From assembly GCA_965223325.1 (NCBI GenBank), contig CBDCWI010000002.1:192001-256000 (forward strand): a DNA stretch of 64,000 nucleotides. Direction: 5' to 3'. Made by a program: the position numbers and the translations under genes. Positions 1 to 10,101 of this stretch are shown in pieces. The notes under the pieces were generated by a model. The model did not search any database and was not told the DNA's origin. It saw only the letters and a program-made list of their open reading frames with translations. The DNA is from Candidatus Multivoradales bacterium (GTDB lineage Bacteria; Acidobacteriota; Thermoanaerobaculia; Multivoradales; Multivoraceae). Within the stretch, counting starts at the first letter, position 1, and the number at the start of each line of letters is the position of its first letter.

Positions 1-2
1 CC

Positions 3-1031
3 ACGGCGCTCTTTGACCGTACGGGTGCGATCGTGAGACTCGACCTCGAGGGTGCGGTGGAGCTCGTCCAGGCTGAGTTCAACGCGCGCGGATCGCGAGC
101 CTGGATGAATTTCACCAACCGCCGTTCGGGGCTCATGGGCGAACCGGTCGATGTGCGCGCTCCGCAGGGCACCTTGCGCGCGCCCAGGGTGACCCATGCT
201 GGAGATTCCGGGCTCTTGCACGCAACCGGAGGTGTGCGCACTGTGCTCGATGAGTCGTCGAGTACCAGGCTGGTCGGCATGCCGTTCGGCGAGCCCGACG
301 GCGGCCCGGTGCGCGTCGAGTCCGAGGAGGCCTTCCTGCGGCCCGCTCCGGCAGACGATTTCATCTTTCGCGGCGGGGTACGAGCATGGCAGGGCCGCAA
401 CCACATCCGTTCGAACCAACTTCGCGGAAGCCAGGCCTCCGGTGAGCTGGCGGCCAGCGGCGAGGTCCATACGCGCTTTTATCCGAGCGCCGGCAGCGAG
501 AGTCCGATTCCGGGCAGAGAGGGTGGAGACGCGACGGTGGCGGCGAATGGCGAGGAGGCACCGGTCGATGTGCGTTCGAAGCACATGAGCTATTCCGAAC
601 GGCTGGGGACTGTCATCTACAGCGGTGGCGTCGATGCCCTACAGGCGGGCCGGTCGATGGCCTGTCGTGAGATGCGGCTCGACCTCGACGATCAGGGGGA
701 GGCCGACACCATGCTGTGTTCGGGCGAGGCGAAGCTCGTCGATCCCGACCGTGGCCGAACCATTGCCGGTGCACGCGCCATTTACCACCTGACGCTCGAG
801 GAGATCGAGTTCTATGGCGACCCGCTCGAGATCGTCGATCCGGAACAGGGCAAGGTCACCGGTGCCGAGCTTCGCTATCGTCTTGCCGATGGTCGCATGC
901 GCATTGGCCCCAATGCCGCAGAGGAGCCCATTGGCCCACTCGAAGCACCCACCGATACGACCGCCGAGGCCCCCCAGGCAACTGTTGAGTTCGCCACGGA
1001 CGTGTCTTCGGGTGCGCGGGAGGATCGTTAG
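3..1031 (+). CDS. LptA/LptC (OstA-like beta-jellyroll) LPS export periplasmic protein, 5'-truncated by the window edge
   Basis: The frame is open from base 3. It contains OstA-like repeats ([27 protein letters not shown]) and sits directly upstream of lptB, overlapping its start by one base. Confidence 0.8.
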   Translation, partial: TALFDRTGAIVRLDLEGAVELVQAEFNARGSRAWMNFTNRRSGLMGEPVDVRAPQGTLRAPRVTHAGDSGLLHATGGVRTVLDESSSTRLVGMPFGEPDGGPVRVESEEAFLRPAPADDFIFRGGVRAWQGRNHIRSNQLRGSQASGELAASGEVHTRFYPSAGSESPIPGREGGDATVAANGEEAPVDVRSKHMSYSERLGTVIYSGGVDALQAGRSMACREMRLDLDDQGEADTMLCSGEAKLVDPDRGRTIAGARAIYHLTLEEIEFYGDPLEIVDPEQGKVTGAELRYRLADGRMRIGPNAAEEPIGPLEAPTDTTAEAPQATVEFATDVSSGAREDR

Positions 1032-1822
1032 TGGACGGGCCAGGGGGTCGCGTCAGTCAGGAGGGGGCGCCCGCCGAGCGCGATCTCGAGCCGGCGCAGC
1101 CTATCGCTCTCGCGACGCGGGGTCTGCGCAAAGTCTATCGCGGGCGGGCGGTCGTCAAAGACGTGTCGCTCGAGGTGTCGCCGGGCGAGATCGTCGGTCT
1201 CCTGGGGCCCAACGGTGCGGGCAAGACCACCACGTTCTACATGGTCGTCGGTCTCGTTCCACCGGATGACGGTGAGGTCTTCCTGGGCCCGGAGAAGATT
1301 ACCGACCTCCCCATGTACCTGCGGGCGCACAAGGGCATCAGCTACCTACCCCAAGAGCCGTCGGTGTTTCGCAAGATGACGGTCGAGGCGAATCTGCGAG
1401 CGGTGTTCGAGACGCGTGGAATCGACCGCGGACGAATGGATCGCTGGGTCGATCAGTTGATCGAAGACTTCAGTTTGCACACCGTGCGCAAGAACCGTGG
1501 CCATGAACTGTCGGGCGGCGAGAGACGTCGGGTCGAGATCGCCCGTGCCCTGGCGATCTCTCCCAGCTTTGTGCTGCTCGATGAGCCCTTCGCTGGGATC
1601 GATCCGATCGCGGTGGAAGACATCCAGGAGATCATTCGGCACCTCAAGAAGATGGGAATCGGCGTCTTGATCACCGATCACAACGTGCGCGAGACTTTGA
1701 AGATTACCGATCGTGCATATATCATCAACAACGGCGAGATTCTCCGTTCAGGCTCTCCCTCGGTTCTGTCGGCCGACGAACAGGTACGAAAGATCTACCT
1801 CGGCGACGAATTCACCCTGTAG
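1031..1822 (+). CDS. lptB: LPS export ABC transporter ATP-binding protein
   Basis: Walker [29 protein letters not shown] signature, [11 protein letters not shown] and TDHNVRETL; precedes rpoN. Confidence 0.97.
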   Translation: MDGPGGRVSQEGAPAERDLEPAQPIALATRGLRKVYRGRAVVKDVSLEVSPGEIVGLLGPNGAGKTTTFYMVVGLVPPDDGEVFLGPEKITDLPMYLRAHKGISYLPQEPSVFRKMTVEANLRAVFETRGIDRGRMDRWVDQLIEDFSLHTVRKNRGHELSGGERRRVEIARALAISPSFVLLDEPFAGIDPIAVEDIQEIIRHLKKMGIGVLITDHNVRETLKITDRAYIINNGEILRSGSPSVLSADEQVRKIYLGDEFTL

Positions 1823-2062
1823 ACTGACTTTTCTGGCCCCGGGCCGGTTTGCTTTCCTGCCCACGTCCTGTCCGGACATCTCGCGAAGGTCGCTGGCACC
1901 GGAGCGAACAAGCGCTCCTTCCACACAACCGTCGGCGTCGTCTGCTCTTACGAGACCCCCTGGGCCCTGTCGATCAGAGACCTCTAGACCAGAGCGACCA
2001 CGACCGGGCGGTGAGCTCGAACGCCGTGATTCCGGGCCTGACCGTCAGCCAACCTCGAGAGC

Positions 2063-2102
2063 CCCGACAGTCCCGACAGTCCCGACAGTCCCGACAGTCC
2101 CG
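2063..2102 (+). repeat. Tandem repeat (CCCGACAGT)x4 plus a partial fifth copy
   Basis: Read directly: copies start at 2063, 2072, 2081 and 2090, followed by CCCG; lies in the lptB-rpoN spacer. Confidence 0.95.
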
Positions 2103-2104
2103 GA

Positions 2105-2130
2105 AGCAAACTTCGAGAGCAAACTTCGAG
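2105..2130 (+). repeat. Perfect tandem duplication (AGCAAACTTCGAG)x2
   Basis: Read directly at 2105-2117 and 2118-2130. Confidence 0.95.
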
Positions 2131-2208
2131 CCAACAGGCCACAACTCTTCACCAAAACCGCCGCAAGCAAGATCTCTACCAGGAACGTTCCCCAGTCTTC
2201 TCTCCCCC

Positions 2209-3999
2209 ATGGCACTAGAACAAAAACTGTCGCTCAAGCTCAGCCAACGGCTGGTCATGACGCCGTCGTTGCAACAGGCGATCAAGCTGTTGCAAATGAC
2301 TCGCATGGAGCTCGAGGGGGTGCTCAACCAGGAGCTGATCGAGAACCCGATTCTCGAAGACACGAAGCTCGAGTCCGAGGAGGCGGAGCCCGAGGGTGAG
2401 AGCGACGAGGCACAGGAAGAGGCCGCGGACTCGATGGACGACATCGACCTCGACGCCTATTTCAACGAGTACCTGGATTATCGCGAGAACCCGTCGTCGA
2501 ACACGTACGAACAGGGCGAAGCCGTACCCATCGAGAACACGCTTTCGCATGATCCGGATCTCTACGATCATCTGCTCTGGCAGATCCAGATGGCGGAGCT
2601 ACCGACCGAGATCCGTGAGGTGGCCGAACTGATCGTCGGCAACCTGGACGGTGAGGGGTTTCTGGTCGCGACGATCGAAGAGATGCAGGCGCTCGGTGCA
2701 GAAACCGAGGAGCTCAACGCGTGGCGTAAGGCGTTGGCAGCGTGGACGAAGGCACACGACCGCTGGAAGGCGGCGCACGAAGCCGGAGTCGAAAACGAGG
2801 CAACGGGAGATTCGCCGGCGGATCTGGCGATGCCTGTTGCGGCGACCGACGCCCTTCCCTCACGGGCTGACGCCGCAACTGGTAGGGCAGAGGGCGTGGC
2901 AGGAGAGGGCCGGGTAGGAGAGGGCCTCGAGATCGAAGAACCGCCTCAGGCGGCGGTGGTCGAAGCAACGAGGGCCGCAGCGCCAGCGAGTGCTGGAGAG
3001 TCAGGTGGCGATCCTGAACCGGAGTTCGATTTCGAAGGGCTTCCCGAGGAGCGTCCGGAGCCCCCTGGCTTCTCCCGTCGTCAGGTCGAAGAGGCGCTGG
3101 CATTCGTGCGCACGCTCGACCCGCCGGGAATCGGCTATCCCGATTTGCGTGAGAGCCTGTGTGCTCAGCTCGAAGCTCGAAACGAAGAAGACACCCTCGC
3201 CTACGCTCTGGTCAAGGATCACTGGGGGCGGTTCCTCAAGCGGCAGTACGTTGCGATCGCCAAGGACCTCGGGGTTCCCCTCGAGCAGCTTCGCGAACCC
3301 GTCGAGGTCGTCAAGACGCTCGAGACGCGGCCTGGTCGCCGCTACAACAACGACCGCACCGAGTACGTCGAACCCGACGTGCATGTCGTCAAAGTGGGTG
3401 ACGAGTATGTGATTCAGCTCAACGACGACGGTATGCCGCGGCTCCGCGTCAGCCGCGCGTATCGGCAGATGCTGCGCGATATGAAGCGGGACAAGAGTCA
3501 GGCCGAGGCTCACCAGTACATCAAGGAGAAGATGCGCTCGGCAATCTGGCTGATCAAGAGTCTCGACCAGCGGCAACGCACGATCTACAAAGTCGCCGCC
3601 TCGATTGTCAAACAGCAGCAGGCCTTCCTGGAGAAGGGGATCGAACACCTCCGGCCGATGGTTCTACGCGACGTCGCCGAGGACATCGAGATGCACGAGT
3701 CGACCGTCAGCCGGGTGGTATCGAACAAGTACATTCATACGCCGCGTGGGTTGTACCCGATGAAGTTCTTCTTCCACAGCGGGATCGACCGGGACTATGG
3801 CGAGGACATTTCTTCATTGACCGTCAAACGTCACATTCAGAGTTTCATCGACGGCGAAGATCCCAAGAAGCCACTGTCCGATTCTGAGATCATGCGACGA
3901 CTCAACCGGGAGGGGATCAATATTGCGCGTCGGACGGTTGCCAAGTACCGTGATGAGCTCAACATTCCGTCCTCAACCGACCGCAAGAAGATCTTCTGA
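2209..3999 (+). CDS. rpoN: RNA polymerase sigma-54 factor
   Basis: Starts MALEQKLSLKLSQRLVMTPSLQQAIKLLQ (region I), with HTH HESTVSR and RpoN box ARRTVAKYR. True start taken as the ATG at 2209, not 1849. Confidence 0.97.
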   Translation: MALEQKLSLKLSQRLVMTPSLQQAIKLLQMTRMELEGVLNQELIENPILEDTKLESEEAEPEGESDEAQEEAADSMDDIDLDAYFNEYLDYRENPSSNTYEQGEAVPIENTLSHDPDLYDHLLWQIQMAELPTEIREVAELIVGNLDGEGFLVATIEEMQALGAETEELNAWRKALAAWTKAHDRWKAAHEAGVENEATGDSPADLAMPVAATDALPSRADAATGRAEGVAGEGRVGEGLEIEEPPQAAVVEATRAAAPASAGESGGDPEPEFDFEGLPEERPEPPGFSRRQVEEALAFVRTLDPPGIGYPDLRESLCAQLEARNEEDTLAYALVKDHWGRFLKRQYVAIAKDLGVPLEQLREPVEVVKTLETRPGRRYNNDRTEYVEPDVHVVKVGDEYVIQLNDDGMPRLRVSRAYRQMLRDMKRDKSQAEAHQYIKEKMRSAIWLIKSLDQRQRTIYKVAASIVKQQQAFLEKGIEHLRPMVLRDVAEDIEMHESTVSRVVSNKYIHTPRGLYPMKFFFHSGIDRDYGEDISSLTVKRHIQSFIDGEDPKKPLSDSEIMRRLNREGINIARRTVAKYRDELNIPSSTDRKKIF

Positions 4000-4021
4000 T
4001 CTGCGTGTGACCTGACGGGCC

Positions 4022-4531
4022 GTGTCAACTCTTCGTTCTCTACTCGAACCCGACCTGATCTTTCTGGGGCTCGACGTGCGAAGCCGCGACGAGGCTTTGC
4101 ATTCGATCGCACAGTCCCTGACCCGGCTGAGGCCGGCTCTGGGCAGCCCAGTGGTCCTTTTCGAAGAGCTGCGCCGACGCGAAGAGATCGAGCCAACCGC
4201 GATCGGAGACGGCGTGGCCGTACCGCACTGCAAGTTGGGCGGTATCGAGGAGCCCATCGTGGCCTTCGCAGCCGTTCCTCGCGGGGTTTCGTTCGGAACA
4301 GGCGATGCGGCGGCGATCCACCTCTTGTTCGTGGTGATCTCGCCGCGTAGCGGGCGCGCCGCGGCGACCAGTCACCTCGACACGTTGGCCCGGATCGCTC
4401 GTTGGGTGCGGAGTTGCGCCGACCTCGAGAGTGTTTCGGCGAGCGAGAACGTTGCCGGGGTGTTGGCGGCGTTTGGCGACATCGAAGAGGGTGCCTCCGC
4501 TCCATCGCCGGTGCCGGGAGCGCCGACATGA
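4022..4531 (+). CDS. ptsN: PTS IIA (Fru/Ntr family), PtsN-like
   Basis: RREEIEPTAIGDGVAVPH phospho-His motif; position directly after rpoN. Confidence 0.85.
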   Translation: MSTLRSLLEPDLIFLGLDVRSRDEALHSIAQSLTRLRPALGSPVVLFEELRRREEIEPTAIGDGVAVPHCKLGGIEEPIVAFAAVPRGVSFGTGDAAAIHLLFVVISPRSGRAAATSHLDTLARIARWVRSCADLESVSASENVAGVLAAFGDIEEGASAPSPVPGAPT

Positions 4532-5499
4532 CAGGGAGCAGTGCTCCGGCCTGGGTCGAGGTCCATGAGCTGATGGGCGAGGAGCTCGCAGCCATTGCAC
4601 TCGCGCCGTTGTGTTGCGACGACCGCCTCGATCGGCGCATTACCAACCCGCGTGTGCAAAAGCCGGGGCTCGCCTTCGCCGGTCACTACAAGTACATCAA
4701 GCCCGGGCGGGTGCAGATCATCGGTGCCAGCGAAATGGCCTACCTCGACACGCTCGACGTCGGGGAGCGACAGGCGCGGTTCGAAGCGATTACGGCACTG
4801 GAGTCACCGGTCTTCATCGCCACCAAGGGCATCGTGCCGCACGAGGAGTTTGTCGCCCTGTGTCGCGAACGTGGCATCCCAGTGCTCGGCTCGGCGGCGC
4901 TTTCGTCGGCGGTGATCAAGGAGATCAGCTTTTTTCTCGAAGACCACCTGGTTCCGAGTACCCAGGTGCACGGTGTCTTGATGGAAGTCTACGGGCTCGG
5001 CGTGCTCTTGATCGGACGCAGCGGGGTTGGCAAGAGCGAGTGCGCTATCGATCTGATCTCGCGCGGGCACAGCCTGGTTGGCGATGATCGAGTAACGCTC
5101 AAGAAGTATCCCAGCGGCGACCTGATTGGCTACGGCGAGGAACCGCTGCGTTATCACATGGAGCTGCGCGGGCTGGGCATCATCAACGTCAAGGATCTGT
5201 TCGGCCTGGCGGCGGTCCGGGCGCGCAAGAATCTCGATCTGGTCGTCGAGCTCGAGCCCTGGCAGGAAGACGTTGCCTACGACAGGCTGGGACTCGATGA
5301 AAGCCTGTACGACATCCTCGACACTCCGGTGCCCTACATTCGGATGCCGGTCGTGGTGGGACGGAATCTCTCGATGCTGGTCGAGATCGCGGCGCGCAAT
5401 CACGTCTTGAAGCTCGAGGGTCATCATTCGGCGCGTGAGTTTGCGCGTCAACTGGAGCGAGAACTGGAACGGTCCGCCAAGAACAACGCCGGAAGTTGA
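4528..5499 (+). CDS. hprK: HPr(Ser) kinase/phosphorylase
   Basis: KPGLAFAG, HGVLMEVYGLGVLLIGRSGVGKSE, DD and ELRGLGIIN motifs; ATGA overlap with ptsN. Confidence 0.96.
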   Translation: MTGSSAPAWVEVHELMGEELAAIALAPLCCDDRLDRRITNPRVQKPGLAFAGHYKYIKPGRVQIIGASEMAYLDTLDVGERQARFEAITALESPVFIATKGIVPHEEFVALCRERGIPVLGSAALSSAVIKEISFFLEDHLVPSTQVHGVLMEVYGLGVLLIGRSGVGKSECAIDLISRGHSLVGDDRVTLKKYPSGDLIGYGEEPLRYHMELRGLGIINVKDLFGLAAVRARKNLDLVVELEPWQEDVAYDRLGLDESLYDILDTPVPYIRMPVVVGRNLSMLVEIAARNHVLKLEGHHSAREFARQLERELERSAKNNAGS

Positions 5500-5547
5500 T
5501 GGCTGGTACGGTTCCTTCGAAACGAAGATTGCACCGGGACGATCAGG

Positions 5548-6480
5548 ATGAGCTCAGACGGAACGAACGAAACCGCGGCTGCCGAGACAAAGGGAACGGC
5601 TGGCGACGAACAGGGCGACCGTCTTCGTCTGGTCTTGATCACCGGGCTTTCAGGTTCGGGCAAGAGCACCGTCGCCAAGAGCTTTGAAGACCTCGGCTTT
5701 CACGTTGTCGACAACCTGCCACTGGCGTTGTTGCGCCTTTTCCTTCAGCAGCCGCGGGCGCTCGTCGCCGACGGAGGGAAGATTGCGCTGGTGACCGACC
5801 TGCGGACGCCGGGGGTGGCCGAGGAGCTTCCGCGGTTGCTTCCAGGGCTTGATCGCGAATCGGTGAATCTGACCGTCCTGTTCCTGGAGACTTCCGAAGC
5901 CGTCCTCGTCCGTCGGTTTTCTGAAACCCGGCGGCGCCATCCGCTCGCCCAGGAAGGCCGGGTGCTGGACGGGATTCGACGCGAGCGTGAGTTGCTGACA
6001 GAGCTGCGGGGCGCCGCCGATCTGGTGCTCGATACGAGCGATTGGACGGTGCACGATGTGCGCGCCGAGATCTACCGCGAGTTCGGTGAGCAGGGCGACA
6101 CCGGTTCGCCGCTCACGGTGAGCCTTGTGTCGTTCGGGTTCAAGCATGGTGCACCGTATGGCGCTGACCTGCAGTTCGATGTGCGCTACCTGCCGAATCC
6201 ACATTTCGTGACCGGGCTGCGCGAGCTCACCGGCCGGGATGCGCCTGTCCGCGATTACCTGGAGGAGCAAGCGGCGTTCGGCGAGTTGGCGGATCGCTTG
6301 TTGGACCTGTTGACCTACCTCCTGCCGCGCTTTGCTGCCGAGAATCGCAGCTACCTGACGATTGGTATCGGTTGTACCGGCGGTAAACACCGTTCCGTCG
6401 CGATGGTCGAGAAACTCCAGGCCGCTCTGGCCGAACAGCAGCTGGTTGTGCACGCTGTGCACCGAGACATTGCCAAGTGA
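5548..6480 (+). CDS. rapZ: RNase adapter RapZ/YvcJ P-loop protein
   Basis: ITGLSGSGKS, VDNLP, RFSETRRRHPL, SFGFKHG, DVRYLPNP and GCTGGKHRSV motifs. Confidence 0.96.
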   Translation: MSSDGTNETAAAETKGTAGDEQGDRLRLVLITGLSGSGKSTVAKSFEDLGFHVVDNLPLALLRLFLQQPRALVADGGKIALVTDLRTPGVAEELPRLLPGLDRESVNLTVLFLETSEAVLVRRFSETRRRHPLAQEGRVLDGIRRERELLTELRGAADLVLDTSDWTVHDVRAEIYREFGEQGDTGSPLTVSLVSFGFKHGAPYGADLQFDVRYLPNPHFVTGLRELTGRDAPVRDYLEEQAAFGELADRLLDLLTYLLPRFAAENRSYLTIGIGCTGGKHRSVAMVEKLQAALAEQQLVVHAVHRDIAK

Positions 6481-6935
6481 GTGGCGAAAGCGCTAGCCGA
6501 GGGGTCGCCCCGGGAAGGCCGCTCAGCATTCTGGTTGCGTCACACGGCCCGGTGGCTGGTGCGTTGGTTGAAAGCGTTCGCAGGATCGCAGGGCGAAGCG
6601 TTGACCACATCGAGGCGATCTGCTTTGACTGGGAGCAAGACGGGGCAGAGGTAGAAGCGGAGCTACGTCGAGCGCTACGGGGTCAGGAGGTGACCTTGAT
6701 CCTGGTTGACCTGCCTGGCTCGACTCCAGCACGGGCGGCACGGCGCCTGGTGGAGAGCGGTCGTGTCGCCGCTCTTTCAGGGGTCAACCTGCCAATGCTG
6801 GTTCGTCTTGCGTGCTGCCCGCCAGCGGCAGGAACGAGCCTCGAAGATCTTGCTCGGGAGGTAGCGGCAAGGGGTCGTGACTCGTTTCGGGTCGCGCTGG
6901 CCGGCGAAGTTGAGCCGGGGGAGGGGTGCGGGTGA
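6477..6935 (+). CDS. PTS IIA component, mannose/fructose/sorbose family
   Basis: ILVASHG, LVDLPGSTP and GVNLPML motifs; GTGA overlaps at both ends. Confidence 0.88.
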   Translation: MSGESASRGVAPGRPLSILVASHGPVAGALVESVRRIAGRSVDHIEAICFDWEQDGAEVEAELRRALRGQEVTLILVDLPGSTPARAARRLVESGRVAALSGVNLPMLVRLACCPPAAGTSLEDLAREVAARGRDSFRVALAGEVEPGEGCG

Positions 6936-7246
6936 TCGAACGGGAAGTGCAGATCAAGAACCCCTCGGGTCTGCACGCTCGGGCGGCGGCCCGGTTGGTT
7001 CATCTCACCGGTTCGTTCTCATGTGATGTGTTTCTGGTGCGCGACGGCCAAGCAACCGACGCCAAGAGCATCCTCGGGATTCTTCTTCTGGCGGCCGCTC
7101 AAGGCGCAGAGTTGGTCGTACGCTGCGATGGCAGCGACGAACAGGAGGCGGTTGCCGCCATTGCGGCGCTGTTCGAGCGCGGGTTCGAAGAGCTTCCAAC
7201 TGGGAGTACGTCAGGAGACGCCGACGGAGAAGGAATCGCTCCATGA
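6932..7246 (+). CDS. ptsH: Phosphocarrier protein HPr
   Basis: GLHARAA (His15) and DAKSILG (Ser46). GTG at 6932 follows GGAGGGG; an alternative GTG lies at 6926. Confidence 0.95.
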   Translation: MIEREVQIKNPSGLHARAAARLVHLTGSFSCDVFLVRDGQATDAKSILGILLLAAAQGAELVVRCDGSDEQEAVAAIAALFERGFEELPTGSTSGDADGEGIAP

Positions 7247-8973
7247 GTCCGAGCATGGTGGTGCTCGAAGGGGCAGCGGGCTCGGGTGGCATTGCCATCG
7301 GGACACTGGTTTGCCTGGCGGAGGCGCATGAGGTGTTTCGCTTGCCGCTCGAAGAGCGCGACATCGGTCGCGAACTGGAGCGGTTGGAAGAGGCGCTGGC
7401 AAAGACTCGTCGGGAGCTGGGCGAGACGCAGTCTCACGTGCGCGAAGAGTTGGGTGACGATCTGGCGGGTATTTTTGGGGCGCACGAACTCATCCTTGCC
7501 GACCCCGCCTTCATTGGTGAGGTCAGAGACCGCGTCGCCGAGCGGAAGGTCAACGCCGAGTGGGCTGTGACCGAGGTTGCGGCCGAGCTCGGTGAGCGGT
7601 TTGCGCGTATCGAGAGCGAGCACCTGCGGGAGCGCGGGCAGGACCTACGCGACGTATCACGCTACTTGTTGCGCAGTCTGCAGGGGTCGGCGAAACGAGA
7701 CTTCGGCGAGGTCGAGGGGCCGGTGATTCTGGTCGCCGATGAACTCACCCCCGGAGAGGTGCTCCGTTTCGGCCGGGGAGCAACCGCGGGTATCGCGATT
7801 GCGGGTGGGGGCAAGACCTCGCACAGCACCATCGTGGCGCAGGCGCTGCGGCTGCCGTTCGTCAGTGGGCTGACGGGTGTGACCGGCATGGTGCGAGATC
7901 GGGTTCCAGCAATCGTCGACGGTGAGCTGGGCCGGCTGATTCTCGACCCGACGCCTGCGGTCCTCGAAGACGCACGCGCGCGGGGCGCGGAGTCGGATCG
8001 TCTGGAACGACAGAGAATGGAGGGCAACCGCGCGCTGCCAACGCGAACCGTCGACGGAGTCGACATTGTGTTGCGGGCCAATGTCGAACTGGTCGACGAG
8101 ATCGAACAGACGGTGGCCACAGGGGCGCGTGGCATCGGGCTGTACCGCAGTGAGTTTCTCTACATCGAGAAGAGCCCGGAGCTGCCCTCCGAAGAGGAGC
8201 AGTTCGAGGTGGCGTGTTCGATGCTCGAGGCGATGGATCCGCACCCGGTGATCGTTCGCACCTTTGATCTCGGTGGTCGTAAGTTGGCGCGCGAGGTCAT
8301 GAACAGTGACGAGGAGAACCCGAGTCTCGGCTTGCGCGGCATTCGGCTGACTCTCGCGCGGCCGGAGATCTTCCGGGTCCAGGTACGGGCGTTGATGCGG
8401 GCGGCGGCGGAAGGGGATCTGCGGATCATGGTTCCGTTGGTCAGCGGACTCGGCGAGATTCGGGCGTTTCGCGAGATGTGTCGCTCGGTCCACGAAGAGC
8501 TGGTGCGTGAGAATGTTCGTCATCGTCTCGACTTTCCGGTCGGAACAATGATCGAAGTGCCGTCGGCGGCCTTGATTGCAGACCGACTCGCGCCCGAGGT
8601 CGACTTCATGGCCATCGGGACCAATGATCTGATCCAGTACGCGCTGGCCGTCGACCGCAACAACGAGCACGTCGCACATCTCTACCGTCCGTTGCATCCG
8701 GCCGTCCTCGAGATGATCCACCGGGTCGTCGCCGCGGGGCGCCGGGGTGGTGCGGAGGTCAGCGTCTGCGGTGAGATGGCGGCCGATCCGGGCATGGTGC
8801 CCATTCTGTTGGGGCTCGGAGTTCGGGTGTTCTCGATGGGCCCGCGGTCGATTCCGAGCGTCGGCGAGGTGGTTCGAAAGAGTGACCTCGAAGCGCTGGA
8901 AAGCATTGCCGAGCGTTGCCTGGGGATGGACGGAGCAGATGAGATCAGCCGGTTCTTGTCGAATGTTCTATGA
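7243..8973 (+). CDS. ptsI: PEP-protein phosphotransferase (Enzyme I), no GAF domain
   Basis: GGKTSHSTI phospho-His, GIGLYRSEF, EENPSLGLRGIR, MIEVPSAA, IGTNDLIQY and VCGEMA motifs. Confidence 0.96.
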   Translation: MSPSMVVLEGAAGSGGIAIGTLVCLAEAHEVFRLPLEERDIGRELERLEEALAKTRRELGETQSHVREELGDDLAGIFGAHELILADPAFIGEVRDRVAERKVNAEWAVTEVAAELGERFARIESEHLRERGQDLRDVSRYLLRSLQGSAKRDFGEVEGPVILVADELTPGEVLRFGRGATAGIAIAGGGKTSHSTIVAQALRLPFVSGLTGVTGMVRDRVPAIVDGELGRLILDPTPAVLEDARARGAESDRLERQRMEGNRALPTRTVDGVDIVLRANVELVDEIEQTVATGARGIGLYRSEFLYIEKSPELPSEEEQFEVACSMLEAMDPHPVIVRTFDLGGRKLAREVMNSDEENPSLGLRGIRLTLARPEIFRVQVRALMRAAAEGDLRIMVPLVSGLGEIRAFREMCRSVHEELVRENVRHRLDFPVGTMIEVPSAALIADRLAPEVDFMAIGTNDLIQYALAVDRNNEHVAHLYRPLHPAVLEMIHRVVAAGRRGGAEVSVCGEMAADPGMVPILLGLGVRVFSMGPRSIPSVGEVVRKSDLEALESIAERCLGMDGADEISRFLSNVL

Positions 8974-8983
8974 TTTCGCCACG

Positions 8984-9886
8984 ATGATCACCCGCCTACA
9001 CCCCCTCGTGTTTCTTGCCTTTCTACAACTCTTGTGCCTCAGCGTCCTTGCCTGCGGTAGCACGCGCCCGGCCGTCGACAGTCTGCCCCCCCAAACGCTG
9101 ACGCCAAACGCGCCCTCTGCACCGGCCGGTGACGATTTCAGCGCCCCGGTCGCGGCATCGTCCGAGTCGGTTTCGGCTCTCGACCTCGCGGACGCCGAGG
9201 TCGAGGTCGAGGAGGACGACGATCCAACGCTTGTCGTCGTGGGTGACGCGGACGATTCGAACCACGACGAGGACGCGAGCATGGCGTTGCGGCTCTACGC
9301 GGCCTCTCGTCGTGAGGCGGCGCGGCGTGACCGGGCGGCTGCTCCCGTGGCGGTGATCACGGACAAGAATCTGGCAGAGATGGCGGAGGGTGGCAGGCTG
9401 ACCGTCGGCGGGCGTCCAGCGACAACTGAGTCCGTTGATGGCGGCCCTGGGGAGGTCGAGGGCGACAGTCGCCCGGTCGGCACGCTCCATGCCACAGCGG
9501 AAGAGGAGCTGTACTGGCGCAGTCGCGCGCGCGAGTTGCGCGAGCGTTGGCGTGACGCCTACGACTCGATCACGATCTTGGAAGGCGAGGCGAACGGCCT
9601 CAGGCGGCGCTTCTACTCGGAGGATGACCCGTGGGTTCGCGACGCGAGGATCAAGCCGGCCTGGGACCGGTCGTTGGACAAGCTGGAGGAAGCGCGGGAC
9701 AAAGTCGAGGCGGCACAGGACGAGCTGGCGGATTTCCTCGATGAAGGCAGACGCGCCGGCGCCCTCCCGGGGTGGCTCCGCGAAGGCAACGAGCTCGAGC
9801 CCGACCCCAGCCTCACGAACGCCCCACCACTCAACCCCGACCCCCAAGAGCCCCAGATAGCCGCCCAACCCCAGCCACCTGAATAG
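8984..9886 (+). CDS. Hypothetical lipoprotein with a C-terminal coiled coil
   Basis: Hydrophobic signal ending in lipobox VLA-C, acidic linker, coiled-coil segment and GRRAGALPGWLR near the C-terminus. The start could be 8963. Confidence 0.7.
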   Translation: MITRLHPLVFLAFLQLLCLSVLACGSTRPAVDSLPPQTLTPNAPSAPAGDDFSAPVAASSESVSALDLADAEVEVEEDDDPTLVVVGDADDSNHDEDASMALRLYAASRREAARRDRAAAPVAVITDKNLAEMAEGGRLTVGGRPATTESVDGGPGEVEGDSRPVGTLHATAEEELYWRSRARELRERWRDAYDSITILEGEANGLRRRFYSEDDPWVRDARIKPAWDRSLDKLEEARDKVEAAQDELADFLDEGRRAGALPGWLREGNELEPDPSLTNAPPLNPDPQEPQIAAQPQPPE

Positions 9887-10101
9887 CCACCGGCGCATAT
9901 TCGGTAGGGAAACACCCTTTGGTGCCGCGATCCGGCATCCGACGCTTCCGTGATGCCGCCGAACCCCTCGCTACCTGCCGTTGCCTCCATCCCTGGGCAC
10001 AGCTTCGCCGTGGAGCACTCTCGGGAACCCTCGAGTCGGCACAGATTGTCTCGTCCGCAGACGGCTCGAGCCGCCAGCAGCGTTTCCTGGTTCTTCGCCG
10101 C

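Noticed and set aside
2063-2130. Tandem repeats as a possible CRISPR array
   Set aside because: The units are 9 and 13 bp, directly adjacent with no spacers, and there are no cas genes in the window.
1849-2208. 120-aa N-terminal extension of RpoN in the ORF track
   Set aside because: The canonical sigma-54 N-terminus begins at the ATG at 2209; the extension is translated repeat and low-complexity sequence.
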